A stretch of 53,590 bases of DNA, filler included, from Stramenopiles sp. TOSAG23-2 (taxonomy: Eukaryota), in the NCBI GenBank assembly GCA_900128395.1. It is 3 parts of 3 records of this genome, joined end to end, with 100 filler letters (N's around TTAATTAATTAA, not from the genome) between each part and the next. Parts side by side here need not be neighbours in the genome. Positions count along the whole stretch, not along the records: positions 1 to 17,803 come from LT649624.1; positions 17,904 to 35,700 come from LT649625.1; 1 more part is not named here. The stretch is one strand, 5' to 3'. Of the stretch, positions 10,548-21,979 are shown piece by piece (within the stretch, counting starts at the first letter, position 1; each line of letters opens with the position of its first letter). The position numbers and the translations under genes were made by a program. Under the pieces are notes generated by a model. It saw only the letters and a program-made list of their open reading frames with translations. It made no database searches and was not told the origin of the DNA.

Positions 10548-12152
10548 ATGATTGTAGTTAGAAACAATGTCAAATGTAGCTCCACCAATGTACCTACGTT
10601 GAAGGTGGTGCAATGGATATTCATAATACAATTGCAATTATTAAAAATATTTGTAGTTTGTAATGGTAGTAATGATAGTAACAATAAAGTCAATAATAAC
10701 AATCATGGTGTGATTAGTAATAACAATCATCAAACAATAATATGGGAACAAAATTTAAATAACTCGTTGTATTCAAGTGTTGGTATCATAGGCTCTCCGT
10801 CATCTTTGAACAGACTTCAAGATGACGACGAAATCCGTTTTGCAGCAGCTACGTGGTTAAATACTCCTAAAATGATGGAAGTATTTTCTACCCAGTCGAA
10901 AAATGCAACGGCAGATTGGTCATATCAACCACCAGACATTTCACCATCATCAACTCTTGCAGTTACTACATCAAGGCATATTGATTATAATAGTGCAGGG
11001 CAAGTTGACGTTGTCGTCGCAAATGAAGTGGAAAAACATTGTTTTTTATTTGGATTCAACAGCAAAAATAGAAATGCAAAGCCTATTTGGCGGTATAATG
11101 TACCTGGCAACTGCTCTGTAGATTTAACATTAGAAGGTGATTCAAAAGCTACAGTCAAATTTAGCGATGATGGATCTACTGTAGTATTTGCCGTTTTAAT
11201 TTTTGATCCTGTGACTCAACAAATTAGGCCACAATTACATTGTATTGAAGGTCAAACTGGAGTTGTTAAGTTTGTCCATGAGTTAAAAAATGAGCAACCA
11301 GGTACCAATAGTGTCTCATTATCAAGGGATGGAGCACATATTGCTTACAGCAATGGATTGACTGTATATGTACTAGAAAAAGCAACAGGAACATTAAGAA
11401 CAAAACCATTAGTTCGTGAAATAGTATCAGATGTTCACATTTGCCCAATGGGAATATTTCTTTTATATGCGATAAATCAAGGTTCCGTAATTCGTCGCTG
11501 GAATGAAAGTTCCAAGGAATTTGAAATTACACCATATCAACCAAAAACTCCACCCGGTGATCCAAATTCTTGGATTGCGGTTTCGCATAGTACAAGTGTA
11601 AATGGAGAAGGCAAAAGTCCATCTGGTTGCCTTGCAGCAGTAGGGTGGTTGGGATTGGGACAAAATCAAGGCGTTGCAAAACTTGAAGTTTTTTCGATGC
11701 TTACCGGAGAAATATTTATTGAATGGAGTTCAAAAAAAGGAATGGGGTTTGAAAACTTTCCAGTCATGGCAATGCATTTAGGTTACACTGCTTTGGGTAC
11801 CTGGGGAAATAGCAATCCTGAAAATGGTGGAAATAATATTTTTCTATTTCATACAGATTTTGGAAACCAAACTTTGATGGAATATAATTCAAAAGGTTCT
11901 ATTATGGCAATCGATATGATGTATACACCGTATAGTTTGCCACCATTACCCCAAGTGTCAAACAACAGCAACCTGATCGCATCACAAAGAAAAACGAATA
12001 CGAATCATTCTTCTCATAACAGGGAAGAAGAAGAAGCTTTTGTTTACTTGATTGCGGCAGGAAAATTTGAACATGCTACTGTTCAAGGAAAAGGTGGGCA
12101 ATGTATTGCGTTTAGAGTGCCAGTGAAATCCAGACCGCCACCACCACTATGA
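10548..12152 (+). CDS. Uncharacterised, probably secreted beta-strand-rich (propeller-like) protein
   Basis: 534-aa ORF with a hydrophobic N-terminal segment. WD/PQQ-like strands include 'VKFSDDGSTVVF' and 'VSLSRDGAHIAY'. Confidence 0.65.
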   Translation: MIVVRNNVKCSSTNVPTLKVVQWIFIIQLQLLKIFVVCNGSNDSNNKVNNNNHGVISNNNHQTIIWEQNLNNSLYSSVGIIGSPSSLNRLQDDDEIRFAAATWLNTPKMMEVFSTQSKNATADWSYQPPDISPSSTLAVTTSRHIDYNSAGQVDVVVANEVEKHCFLFGFNSKNRNAKPIWRYNVPGNCSVDLTLEGDSKATVKFSDDGSTVVFAVLIFDPVTQQIRPQLHCIEGQTGVVKFVHELKNEQPGTNSVSLSRDGAHIAYSNGLTVYVLEKATGTLRTKPLVREIVSDVHICPMGIFLLYAINQGSVIRRWNESSKEFEITPYQPKTPPGDPNSWIAVSHSTSVNGEGKSPSGCLAAVGWLGLGQNQGVAKLEVFSMLTGEIFIEWSSKKGMGFENFPVMAMHLGYTALGTWGNSNPENGGNNIFLFHTDFGNQTLMEYNSKGSIMAIDMMYTPYSLPPLPQVSNNSNLIASQRKTNTNHSSHNREEEEAFVYLIAAGKFEHATVQGKGGQCIAFRVPVKSRPPPPL

Positions 12153-12238
12153 GGTCCATTTTTTAAAAAATTACGAAGCCACGAAGCGTATTACTCTGTA
12201 CTCTGTGTATTTTTTAATAAAATATGCATATAAATATT

Positions 12239-12514
12239 TAAAAAAAAAAACTTTGTGGCAAAGATTTTAATTTTCTGAATATATATAAAATATAAAATGA
12301 TCCGCAGTCTATTAACATAAATTACTAGTAATGATTAGAAAGGGCAGAGAGAACACACTTTGTTGTCTGTGTGTAATATATATATGAAAATAAAACTTGT
12401 GTACAATATGCATACTTGTTGTAAGAGCATTAAAAAATAGAAGAAGAGTAATGAGCGTGGTTTAAAAATGTCCGTAATACGTTTTGTAAAAAAAAACTGT
12501 TTTTTTTTAAACAT
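12239..12514. repeat. Dispersed direct repeat, copy 2
   Basis: Diverged copy of 9951-10252 in the same orientation. Confidence 0.85.
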
Positions 12515-12778
12515 TTTAATGGAGATATTACGTGTGAAACGTAAAGTAATATTCGTATTTTACATGCTCCGTATATTTTAATATTTTTTTCAAAATTTTT
12601 TTACTACACCCACAAAAAACAAAACTCCGCACCACACACAAACTTATTTACACACACTTCGTCACCACACTTTTTCTTCTTTTCTTACTCCTCTTGAATC
12701 CATCCATCATCAACCAATCTTTCTTTTTAATACGACGTTCGTACCACATTTAATTACCCACTTTTTAATAAATTTTAA

Positions 12779-14200
12779 TTAATGTCCATGTCCATGTGTT
12801 GCTTTATGTTTTTCTAATTCCATTTCCATTTCATCTACATGTTCCTCGATCACTTCAATATCCGTTTTAACTACATCCACCAATTGCATGATTTGTAAAC
12901 GCATATATAAATCTTTCTCTAATTGTTCTTTTAATTCTTTTTTCGACATTGTTTGTAAATTTTCTGGATGAAATGTTGCTTCATTTGCTTTTAATGCATC
13001 TTGTATTTTCAATAAATCAAGAATCGCTTGTTTATTTCCAGCCATTTTTGCTTTTAAACGTTGAACAAATTGTGATGTTGTACTTGCATGTGACATGATT
13101 GTATGGTGTATTTTTTTATGTGTTTCTTTATGTTGTATTTCAACCGTTGAATAAAATCCATGGATAATACGCACAACTCTCCAACTCAACAACACGGCAA
13201 AAATAGCACCTTCCCGTACATGAAATCCTATTTCTAATATCAACGCCACAGTAACTACTAATGCATCTAATAAAAAAAATGGATTTCTAAAAAAATCAAT
13301 TCCATATGCAACCATCAATAAAAAAATTTGAAATGCAAATACAAATAAAATACTAACAGATATCCAATGTAATACAAATTCAACATCAATTTGTACTTGC
13401 ATGCAATCTGTACAAAACGTATAATCGTATGGTAGTGGTTCTATTGATGATGCATCAGCGGATGGGGATGGTGATGTAGATGAACTACTTAATAAAAATC
13501 GACGACGATTTCCACCACCACTACCACCACCACTACTACTACTTGATGCTGCATTTGGATCTAAACAAAATGTTGCTGCTAATGTTAATTCACAAATAAC
13601 ACATAAAACATCAATAATAATTAAAACTAAAATGACGGCTTGTACATATGGACCATCTACAAATTTACCAAGTTCCATTCTTGCTGACATGCCTTTTTTA
13701 GTACGTAATGCAACATTGCCATCGGATGTACCCATATGCAATTCACGACGTTGTTGTTTCATCCACATTGGTTCACCACTATTTGCCATCCGTCCTAACG
13801 AAAACTTTGCTTTAAATGCAAATGATTTTGCAATATCTTCAATTGATCCACTTTCACTATCTTCCATAACAGTACAAAACTCTTCAAATGATAATTCATC
13901 ACCACTTGTTGATGTCGAATTATACATTTTAATAATATTTTTCACATCTTCTTTTGTTGCATTGATACCTTGTAATTTTAACAATAAACTTAATTCTTCT
14001 GCATCAATATAACCAGAATTATCTTTATCTATCATATTAAATGCTTCACGTAAATGTGGAGATCGTTGTTTCTTTTGATTGTTATTAAGTGGTACTACTT
14101 TCGATGATGAAGATATTGTTGTTTTCTTTTTCGTAGTAGATGGAGTAGATTCCATTCCCCAATTTCTAACATCATCTACATTATTATTTTTTTTTGACAT
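12779..14200 (-). CDS. Voltage-gated proton channel (Hv1-like voltage-sensor domain) with N-terminal EF-hand pair and C-terminal coiled coil
   Basis: EF-hands: DKDNSGYIDAEEL and a degenerate ...SGDELSFEEF. S1 'LIIIDVLCVICEL' carries the selectivity Asp, S3 is 'LDALVV', and S4 is 'VLLSWRVVRIIHG'. There is no pore domain. Confidence 0.85.
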   Translation of the reverse strand: MSKKNNNVDDVRNWGMESTPSTTKKKTTISSSSKVVPLNNNQKKQRSPHLREAFNMIDKDNSGYIDAEELSLLLKLQGINATKEDVKNIIKMYNSTSTSGDELSFEEFCTVMEDSESGSIEDIAKSFAFKAKFSLGRMANSGEPMWMKQQRRELHMGTSDGNVALRTKKGMSARMELGKFVDGPYVQAVILVLIIIDVLCVICELTLAATFCLDPNAASSSSSGGGSGGGNRRRFLLSSSSTSPSPSADASSIEPLPYDYTFCTDCMQVQIDVEFVLHWISVSILFVFAFQIFLLMVAYGIDFFRNPFFLLDALVVTVALILEIGFHVREGAIFAVLLSWRVVRIIHGFYSTVEIQHKETHKKIHHTIMSHASTTSQFVQRLKAKMAGNKQAILDLLKIQDALKANEATFHPENLQTMSKKELKEQLEKDLYMRLQIMQLVDVVKTDIEVIEEHVDEMEMELEKHKATHGHGH

Positions 14201-14227
14201 GATGGTGATGATGATTGGATCAATCGA

Positions 14228-14505
14228 ATCGATTCCACTTCTTTTTTTCTATATGACTCTATTCAATCTGTTCGTTTCTTTTCTCCTCACGTTGCTGTGG
14301 TACGATTAATCAATCAATCTATCGTCTCTTTTCTACTCACGTTGCTATATTACAATATGATCGATTCCACTTCTTCCTTTCTATATGGCACGGTTCAATC
14401 TATCTATCAATCAATCTGTCGTCTCTTTTTCTACTCACGTTGCTATAGTACAATATGATCGATTCCACTTCTTCCTTTCTATATGGCACGGTTCAATCAA
14501 TCTGC
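14228..14505. repeat. Degenerate ~100-130-bp tandem repeat (about 3 units) directly upstream of the Hv gene
   Basis: ATCGATTCCACTTCTT(C/T)(C/T)TTTCTATATG and TTTTCT(A/C)CTCACGTTGCT each recur three times. Confidence 0.8.
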
Positions 14506-14613
14506 CGCCTCGTTTCTTTCTTCGGTTACTGCTGGCCTTTGACTTCGTTCACTTGTTGCTTACTGTATGCATCTAACCACTGCACTATCTCTACCGATGG
14601 ACGATGGATGTGA

Positions 14614-14654
14614 TCATGTGTCATGTGTCATGTGTCATGTGTGTCATGTGTCAT
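14614..14654. repeat. (TCATGTG)n heptamer microsatellite
   Basis: tcatgtgtcatgtgtcatgtgtcatgtgtgtcatgtgtcat. Confidence 0.8.
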
Positions 14655-14714
14655 ATTTTGGATTGTGGCTATTTTTAGGATTTCCACTCATTTTATTCGA
14701 AACGAAAATATGGT

Positions 14715-14838
14715 CCACAGTATTCACCTGCTATAAGATTTAGCATTGTAATGGTTAGGGTTAGGGTTACGATATTATATTTATGCGCACAGTATTCACC
14801 TGCTATAGAGTAGAGTCTATAGCAGGTGAATACTGTGG
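14715..14838. repeat. Palindromic element: 22-bp perfect hairpin plus an extra arm, with internal telomere-type TTAGGG repeats
   Basis: CACAGTATTCACCTGCTATAGA-GTAGAG-TCTATAGCAGGTGAATACTGTG at 14788-14837. A further arm is at 14715-14735 and GGTTAGGGTTAGGGTTA is at 14753-14769. Confidence 0.85.
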
Positions 14839-14878
14839 TTAGGTTTTTGAACCGCTATTCTAGGTGAGGACATATTTG

Positions 14879-15000
14879 ATATTCTAATTTATCTTTCAAG
14901 TACAAATTACCGTCATTTGATAGAAAATCAGGAATCTCGATGCGTTTGGTATTCTAATTTCCATTTCAAGTACAACTTACCGTCATTTGATAGGACATCT
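14879..15000. repeat. Two ~50-bp direct repeats (about 70-bp period)
   Basis: TATTCTAATTT...TTTCAAGTACAA(A/C)TTACCGTCATTTGATAG occurs twice. Confidence 0.8.
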
Positions 15001-15489
15001 TAGGAATTTCATTGATAGAGGCCGTTTTGCCCCATTTAAGTGAACGTTGTGAGGAGGGGAAAAAGTTTATCTATTTCAATACTGGCTAATATAGACACAG
15101 CAGGGCCTACGCGACTTGGTAAAAGTCGTCAAAAATAAAACATAGAATTTACGAGATCCAATGTGTACATCAAAAGCAATAGAGAAAGAAGCAAAGTCCT
15201 ACCTTCCCTGTTCGGTACAAACATCATAACAAAATAGATATTCATCACATTGTACGATCGATCTGTTGAAAATCAATCAAATAGTTGCAAGAAGTATTGT
15301 TGTTATTATTGCGAAAAATAAATATTTGTTGCTTGTTTCAGTTTGGATAATTAAATAAATAAATAAAATTAAAAACATTATTTATTATTATTTATTGTTT
15401 ATATATTACGATTTTTATTTAGAAAGAATAAATAATAGGTAATATATTGGCATTCAAGAAAGATTTTAATTAATAAAACAATATAAAAA

Positions 15490-17208
15490 ATGACATCCTT
15501 GCAAATGCCTAGTGCAGATATACGTGCACGTGCATGGGTACGTGCTATCTCAGCAAGACCAGCTGGTCTTGTCGTTGATAAAGAAAAAGTAGATACCAAT
15601 TTATGGAATTTATTATCAGGTGGTAAACGAAACGCACCATCACAACCAATACAACAATTGCCTGTACAACCATCACCAAGAAAATTTAAACAACAATTGC
15701 GTGAGACACGTGAATCAGATCCATGGCAAACAGAAAGTTCTAGTACTTATGTTTTTTATGTTACTGGTGATTTAGGTATGTTCATATATATATATATATA
15801 CACACACGCACATACATATAAACCATTTAACTAACCAAAACAATATATATATATATATATATATAATAATCAATAATGTTTTATTAATTTAACAAAAGCA
15901 TTACATCCGGAAAGTCCTACTGCGTTGGAACAAGCGGAATTAGCTATACAAGCAGAACAAGCTGCAAAAGCAGCAATGGAACGCCAGCAAGAATTAGATG
16001 AAGAACAACGTTTAGCAGAAGAATTAAAAAAGGAAAATGATAAAAAAAACAAGAACAAGAAACCTGTAAAAAAACAACGACGTAAGAAAAAAATATCAAA
16101 ACCAAAGCCAGTATTTAAACCAACTGATACTGATAAAAAGAAACAAATGATGGCAAAGAAAAATGGTATGGGATATATACGTAGAAAGAAAAATAAGAAT
16201 AAAAAACCAGGTACGTAATATTGGATGTAGTCATATATATACATTAGAATTTCCTATGTATAATTATATATTTCCATTAAATATTCATTTAAAACAACAA
16301 CAAATAAACTAACATTTACACACATATATATAATATGTAATACAGCAAAACCAATACCGCCACGCCCAAAATTCTTTCCATATGGTATGAATAATATTGA
16401 TGATCGTTTAACACATAATGTTACGACGGAATATAAAAAAGGTATTTATAAAACTGCATTAGCGGCGGAGAAAATTATTGAAGATAGAAAGAAAGAATCA
16501 CCACCAAATTCAAAAAAAAAATCATTAAAACAACAAAATGAACAACAAAAAGCAGAAGTACGTCGTGCATATAATGATTTAATTAAAAGTACAGTTGGTG
16601 GTGGTAGTGGTGGTGAGGTAGACATGAAAAAATTAAGAATGAGAATGAAAACGATGAAGCATCCACCATTGCCATTGCCGACGCCATCGAAAGCAGGATT
16701 TTGCCCACGTATGATCTCCAATCCACCACCACAACCAAATATTGGTATGGAAAATTTATTACAATGGCCAGGGGAGGAAGGTCCACCATTACCAAAAAAA
16801 CAAATCAAACAAGGTGTTGTGGAAACATTGATGACTGAAAATGCTGTTGGATGGGATGAATTACCAGCTGCCGGTATGTCAAGTGGTGTGAAAATGAGTC
16901 GACGTACAAATATCCTTTCGCCTGAAAAAACATTATTAAAATCGTTTGAACGTACGGCACCGCCAAAACACAATCCACGTGCTCCAACGCCGATAGATCC
17001 AAAGGAAGAAGTAGCACGGGTAGCATTAAATACAGTGCCAATTAAAGTAATTGAATTTAAAGAGGAAAATTATGGTGAAGGTATGAATCCAAGAAATTTT
17101 GGACATTTACCACCACAATGGACGAAATTTATTCCACCAGCAGGGTATACAAGAAAGAAAAAAGAACCAGGTGTTGGTGATTTATTAACTAGCCCAGTTC
17201 GTGTGTAG
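15490..17208 (+). CDS. Uncharacterised Pro/Lys-rich protein; exons 15490-15775, 15899-16210, 16346-17208
   Basis: Introns 15776-15898 (GTATGT...CTAAC...AAG) and 16211-16345 (GTACGT...CTAAC...CAG) join three ORFs in frame. Confidence 0.75.
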
Positions 17209-17803
17209 GGAGATTCTTATTAACGATTGCGCGAGGAGGAGCGACGAGGAGGACGGAAAGGATTGTAATAATATTTTATAATGTTTGTGTCATATAATTA
17301 CAAAAGATGTTTGTCATGAGTGTTTTTAACAAATAGAGGGGAGGATAGATGTGAAAATTACGATTATTCTCGTGGTTCGTGGGACTCGTGAAATGCTGTG
17401 TGAGAGATTGAAATTATTATTTAATGTGAGAGGGAGAGCAGTGTTTAGTGTTCACCAATCCAATTAAATGTGGTTAACCGGTTAAAAAATATTCAAAAAG
17501 AGTTTTTTACTACGATGGTGTATTTATCTAACTTAATATTTGTATCTGTATCTTCCTATCATATATATATTATGCGAGTAGTTCACCGAGAGTATTCGCT
17601 ATAATACAGTATTACATCGTATATACACATAGAAAACACTGTTCTAAGTTCTAAATATATTAATATTATCAAGTTCAATTTGAAAATAATATAACATCGT
17701 AAAATACAAGAAGAAAAGTACAATTTCTCGTAAAAGCTCTATCTACAAACAATATATATATATATTATATATATATATTATTATATATATTTTTTTTAGC
17801 TTT

Positions 17804-17903
17804 NNNNNNNNNNNNNNNNNNNNNNNNNNNNNNNNNNNNNNNNNNNNTTAATTAATTAANNNNNNNNNNNNNNNNNNNNNNNNNNNNNNNNNNNNNNNNN
17901 NNN
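17804..17903. other. Artificial contig linker
   Basis: N44-TTAATTAATTAA-N44, a six-frame stop spacer. Confidence 0.97.
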
Positions 17904-18166
17904 ACAATATAAAAGAGATGGATCAAACGGGTATCAACAAGTGGAAGGGATGTCGATAGGGATATAATAATAATTAATATATATATACTACCAACTACAA
18001 TATCCCTATATACACACATATTATAAAAATTAATAACACACAAACTAAAACACACTATATTCACATATATATATATCTATGTAGAGATACACAATCAAAA
18101 ACATCAACAACAACCCTTACCACCACCTCCCTCACCCCATCACTACCAACCAACCAACCAACAACC

Positions 18167-19339
18167 ATGAGTGACGCTCGAATGACAACATACCAAGCAA
18201 CGGAATATCCATCCTACAAATACGTGTTTACCATCTATTCATTACGTTTTTTAAAATGGTTTGGTTATTATGCATGTGTTAATTCTATTTATTCATTTTG
18301 TGTTGGTAAAAGTTATTTTTCATTAGGTTTTATAGGATGTAGTATTGGTTTATATCGTTTCATACATTGGATTGTTGGTTATGCAGTGGTCCCATCAACA
18401 ACTATGAGTATCTTTCAAAGAACCAATCAAGATTTTTTCGAAGAACAATTAGTAAAAATTGCTGATAAATATGCACCACATTTAAGACGAGAATCGGATA
18501 AATATTTTTCATATTTTCCAAGGGCTCGACAAAATTTACGTAATATGGGAGGAACAGAATTGACTATGATGACAATTGATGGTGTTGATATTAATGGATT
18601 TCATATACCACCATCTCCATTAGCAAAGAAAACATTTGATAAACCTATGGCAGTCATCATGTTGGTTGCAAATGCTGAATTTTATGAAATAGATGGTATA
18701 TCTTCACAAGATTGTGCAAAATATGCAAGACAAGGATTTGATGTAATTATGTGTAATTATAGAGGTACAGGTAAAAGTGGTACGATTGCTGGTAATTATG
18801 GATGGTACAGACGTTGTGGTTTAATATTAGATGCAGATGCTGCTATACAATATACACGGGATACGTTGAAAATACCAATTGAACGTATGTTTATTATTAC
18901 ACGTAGTTTAGGTGGTGCAGTTGGTACAGAAATCGCATCAATACGTTCTGGTATTAATTTATGTAATGCACGTTCGTTTGATACATTATCAAAAGCAGCT
19001 GAATGTGTCCTTGGTAAAAAATGGGGACCAAAAGCAGCATTAGGTATACGTTTATTAGGTTGGGATTTTGATGGTTTAAACAATTGGAAACAAATAAATG
19101 GATATAAATGGATTGAATCAATTAGTAATGATTCATTATTGCAATCCTCAATTTTATTTAATTCATTTCATAGAGATGATGATATTGATATGGATACATT
19201 AAATGTTTTACAAATGAAACCAACGCGTGGAGATACACATAATCGTCCATTAACATCATATGAATTTGGTAAACGTATGGAATTTTTATTGGAAGGTGTG
19301 AAATATGTCGACGATAGCGATGGAAAAAAAGATAAATAA
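18167..19339 (+). CDS. Membrane-anchored alpha/beta hydrolase (ABHD13/16/17-like)
   Basis: N-terminal hydrophobic segments, 'NYRGTGKS', nucleophile elbow 'TRSLGG' and C-terminal 'DTHN'. Confidence 0.8.
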   Translation: MSDARMTTYQATEYPSYKYVFTIYSLRFLKWFGYYACVNSIYSFCVGKSYFSLGFIGCSIGLYRFIHWIVGYAVVPSTTMSIFQRTNQDFFEEQLVKIADKYAPHLRRESDKYFSYFPRARQNLRNMGGTELTMMTIDGVDINGFHIPPSPLAKKTFDKPMAVIMLVANAEFYEIDGISSQDCAKYARQGFDVIMCNYRGTGKSGTIAGNYGWYRRCGLILDADAAIQYTRDTLKIPIERMFIITRSLGGAVGTEIASIRSGINLCNARSFDTLSKAAECVLGKKWGPKAALGIRLLGWDFDGLNNWKQINGYKWIESISNDSLLQSSILFNSFHRDDDIDMDTLNVLQMKPTRGDTHNRPLTSYEFGKRMEFLLEGVKYVDDSDGKKDK

Positions 19340-19534
19340 TTTTTTGGAAAGAGGGAAGAGGGATCTATGTGGAGAGATGCAGAGGAAGTTTGTTGAGTGC
19401 TTTTAAAAAGTTTAAAATATTACGACACACACGCTCGAGTGTAGAACAAAATTTAAATTTTTTTATTTTACACCAAATCATTACACCCTGAACACATTTA
19501 CTTTTTGTCTCTTTTGTCTCTTTTTCAAAAATGC

Positions 19535-20236
19535 TCATTTAATATATTTATCCATAAATTTACGATGAAAATTATTTTTTGTAGTATCGTTGATGAAACC
19601 TGGTTTATCTTTATTTAATGTACTACGTGCTTGATTTTTAAATACAACATCATCATCCCAACGACTTGTCATTTTATTTGACGAGGATGATGATGATGAC
19701 GAAATATTATTATTGTTATTATTTAATAATGGATTGCCTTGACTAATTTCTTTTTTTTTTTCCATTTCTTTTTCTTTTCTAATTTTTTCCAATTCCAACA
19801 TCAATGCTTCATCATCATCATCGGAAGAATCATCATCAGATGACGAATCATCATCGTCTTCATTATTGATATTTTTATTATTATTATTGTTAATATTATT
19901 ATTACTGGTATCATTCAATATTTTTGTTGTTGTTTTATTATTATTATTATCATCATCATCAATTTCATCATCAGAATCATCAAAATCATCCAACATTTTT
20001 AAACGTTTTGACTCATGTTGTGCTTCTTTTTCTTCTAATATTTTCTTAAAATCTTTTGCACCTAATTCCTCCTCCGTACCTTGACCTTCCAAACGCCTTT
20101 TTAACGTTTTTTGCCCTGGTAAATCACGCGCAGCAACTGCGTTCGTACCAACACCACCAGTATAATAATTTCCTTGCTCAATACCATTATATGTAGCTTT
20201 TGCTGATTTATATGTTGCACGATGTGCCGTCGTCAT
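19535..20236 (-). CDS. CWC15: Pre-mRNA splicing factor Cwf15/Cwc15
   Basis: MTTAHRAT start, '[13 protein letters not shown]', '[12 protein letters not shown]', '[13 protein letters not shown]' and 'FINDT...[11 protein letters not shown]'. Confidence 0.95.
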   Translation of the reverse strand: MTTAHRATYKSAKATYNGIEQGNYYTGGVGTNAVAARDLPGQKTLKRRLEGQGTEEELGAKDFKKILEEKEAQHESKRLKMLDDFDDSDDEIDDDDNNNNKTTTKILNDTSNNNINNNNNKNINNEDDDDSSSDDDSSDDDDEALMLELEKIRKEKEMEKKKEISQGNPLLNNNNNNISSSSSSSSNKMTSRWDDDVVFKNQARSTLNKDKPGFINDTTKNNFHRKFMDKYIK

Positions 20237-21157
20237 GATTTAATCTCTCTTTTTTTTTTGTCACAAAACAAATATGTATATACAAACACACAGAAATTTT
20301 TTAAATTTATGCAACGAAGAACTACAAAAAAAAACCTTTTTGTTCACAAGTAGTCGTCTTGCAAATTCTATTTTTATAAAAAAAATGAATTTTAGTGTGA
20401 ATTATTATTTTTTCTGGTTGACCTCTTAATGTAAAAATATCCGAATTATGTGTTAGTTTTAATGTACAATTACTATGATGGTACATGTTAAATATATATT
20501 CGAATTGATATCCCATTTATTCAATTTTGCATCATGTATATATTTTTCATGACATGTATTACTATGTGTAAAATTATAATGTACGATCAATGTGGAAAAA
20601 ATAGGTAGGAAAAAAAAGAGAAGGACAACAGAAGACGAAAATGTTAATATATATATAAGTACATATTGTAGTATACTAAGTTAAATTTAGATAGGAGAAA
20701 ACACGATATATATAGGACAATATATAAGTGCATAGTTTGGTATACTAATGTCGACAGCATCTACACAGCATTGGCAAAATACCAAGAAAATCCAAAAAAA
20801 CGAACACAAAAAAATATTTGAATTTTTAAAACATAGAAGAGTTGCAAGATATGTAAAGATAGATATTTGTTAAGTCATACCGATCTGTCTGTCTGTCTAT
20901 TTGTAGAAACATGATATAGTACTTACATATAAATTCATATTTACATATTGACATAAACGATTATCATAAAAACAACAACAAAAAAGTTCAAGATTGAGTC
21001 TAATAATAAAAATACACAATCAACAACAACACCAATAAGAAACGGCGATAATAATAATAATAATTTATCATCCTCATCAAAAGCTTCTTATTTATCCCAC
21101 TTTTCAAGCAATACACCTCTATCGAAAATATTATCTACACATACAAATAATAATAAT

Positions 21158-21979
21158 ATGGCAACAGAAGAAGCAACCACGTTCACAGCACCGGAAGGCA
21201 CTGGCACTGCACTGGCAGAGATTGACGTAGTGGCATGGTATATTGAAAAAGTACCAAGTGAACATGATTTGTTAAAAGCATGCCATCAATTATTTTATGG
21301 GTCAATTCCAGAAACAAGCAAATTAAAAGAACAATTAAGTCAATTTAAAGGGTTTCCAAGTGATGCAAGTATGGAAGAAAAGTTAAAAGAAAATTTATCA
21401 ACGGATCCTTGGAACGAAGCGTGTTTAAAAGAATTATGTCAATTTTTTGATTTGGATTCAAAAGAAGGTGGTAAAGATCAATTGATTGAACGTTGTGTAA
21501 CATTTTTAATGAAACCAACTGCAACAAATATGACGACAATCGAAGCATTAGACAAATCAAGAAAATCAAAAACTGTTAAGATAGCAACGAAAAAAAAATC
21601 TTCGTCATCATCAAAAAAACGAAAGAGTAGTAGCAGTAGCAGTAGTAGTAGTAGTAAAAAGAAGAAGAAAAAACAGAAGAAATCGTCGAAAAAAAGTAGT
21701 AGTAGTAGTAGTAGTAGTAGTAAAAAGAAAAAGAAATCTTCAAAAAGTAATGGTGCACCAGCTGCTAAAAAGGCAAGACCAGCTGTGGTTATCTATGCTA
21801 CTGCACAAAAAGCGGAATTAAAAGCTAGTCATCCAAATCTTGATAAAAAAGCACTTGGAGCTATGGTACTTAGCAATTGGCGTGGTTTATCACCAGATGA
21901 ACGGAAAATTTGGGATGATAAAGCAGCAGCAGAAAAATTAGCTGTTGAGGAAGAGAATGCTGTAATGGATATTTTTTAG
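21158..21979 (+). CDS. DEK-like chromatin protein with C-terminal HMG box
   Basis: DEK/SAP-like segments 'LKACHQLFYG...LSQFKGF...LKELCQFFDL...GKDQLIERCVTFLMKP', a Lys/Ser linker, and an HMG box ending 'WRGLSPDERKIWDDKA'. Confidence 0.75.
   Translation: MATEEATTFTAPEGTGTALAEIDVVAWYIEKVPSEHDLLKACHQLFYGSIPETSKLKEQLSQFKGFPSDASMEEKLKENLSTDPWNEACLKELCQFFDLDSKEGGKDQLIERCVTFLMKPTATNMTTIEALDKSRKSKTVKIATKKKSSSSSKKRKSSSSSSSSSSKKKKKKQKKSSKKSSSSSSSSSKKKKKSSKSNGAPAAKKARPAVVIYATAQKAELKASHPNLDKKALGAMVLSNWRGLSPDERKIWDDKAAAEKLAVEEENAVMDIF

Noticed and set aside
17848-17859. TTAATTAATTAA palindrome as a biological site
   Set aside because: It is a synthetic six-frame stop linker centred in N runs and repeated identically at 35745-35756.
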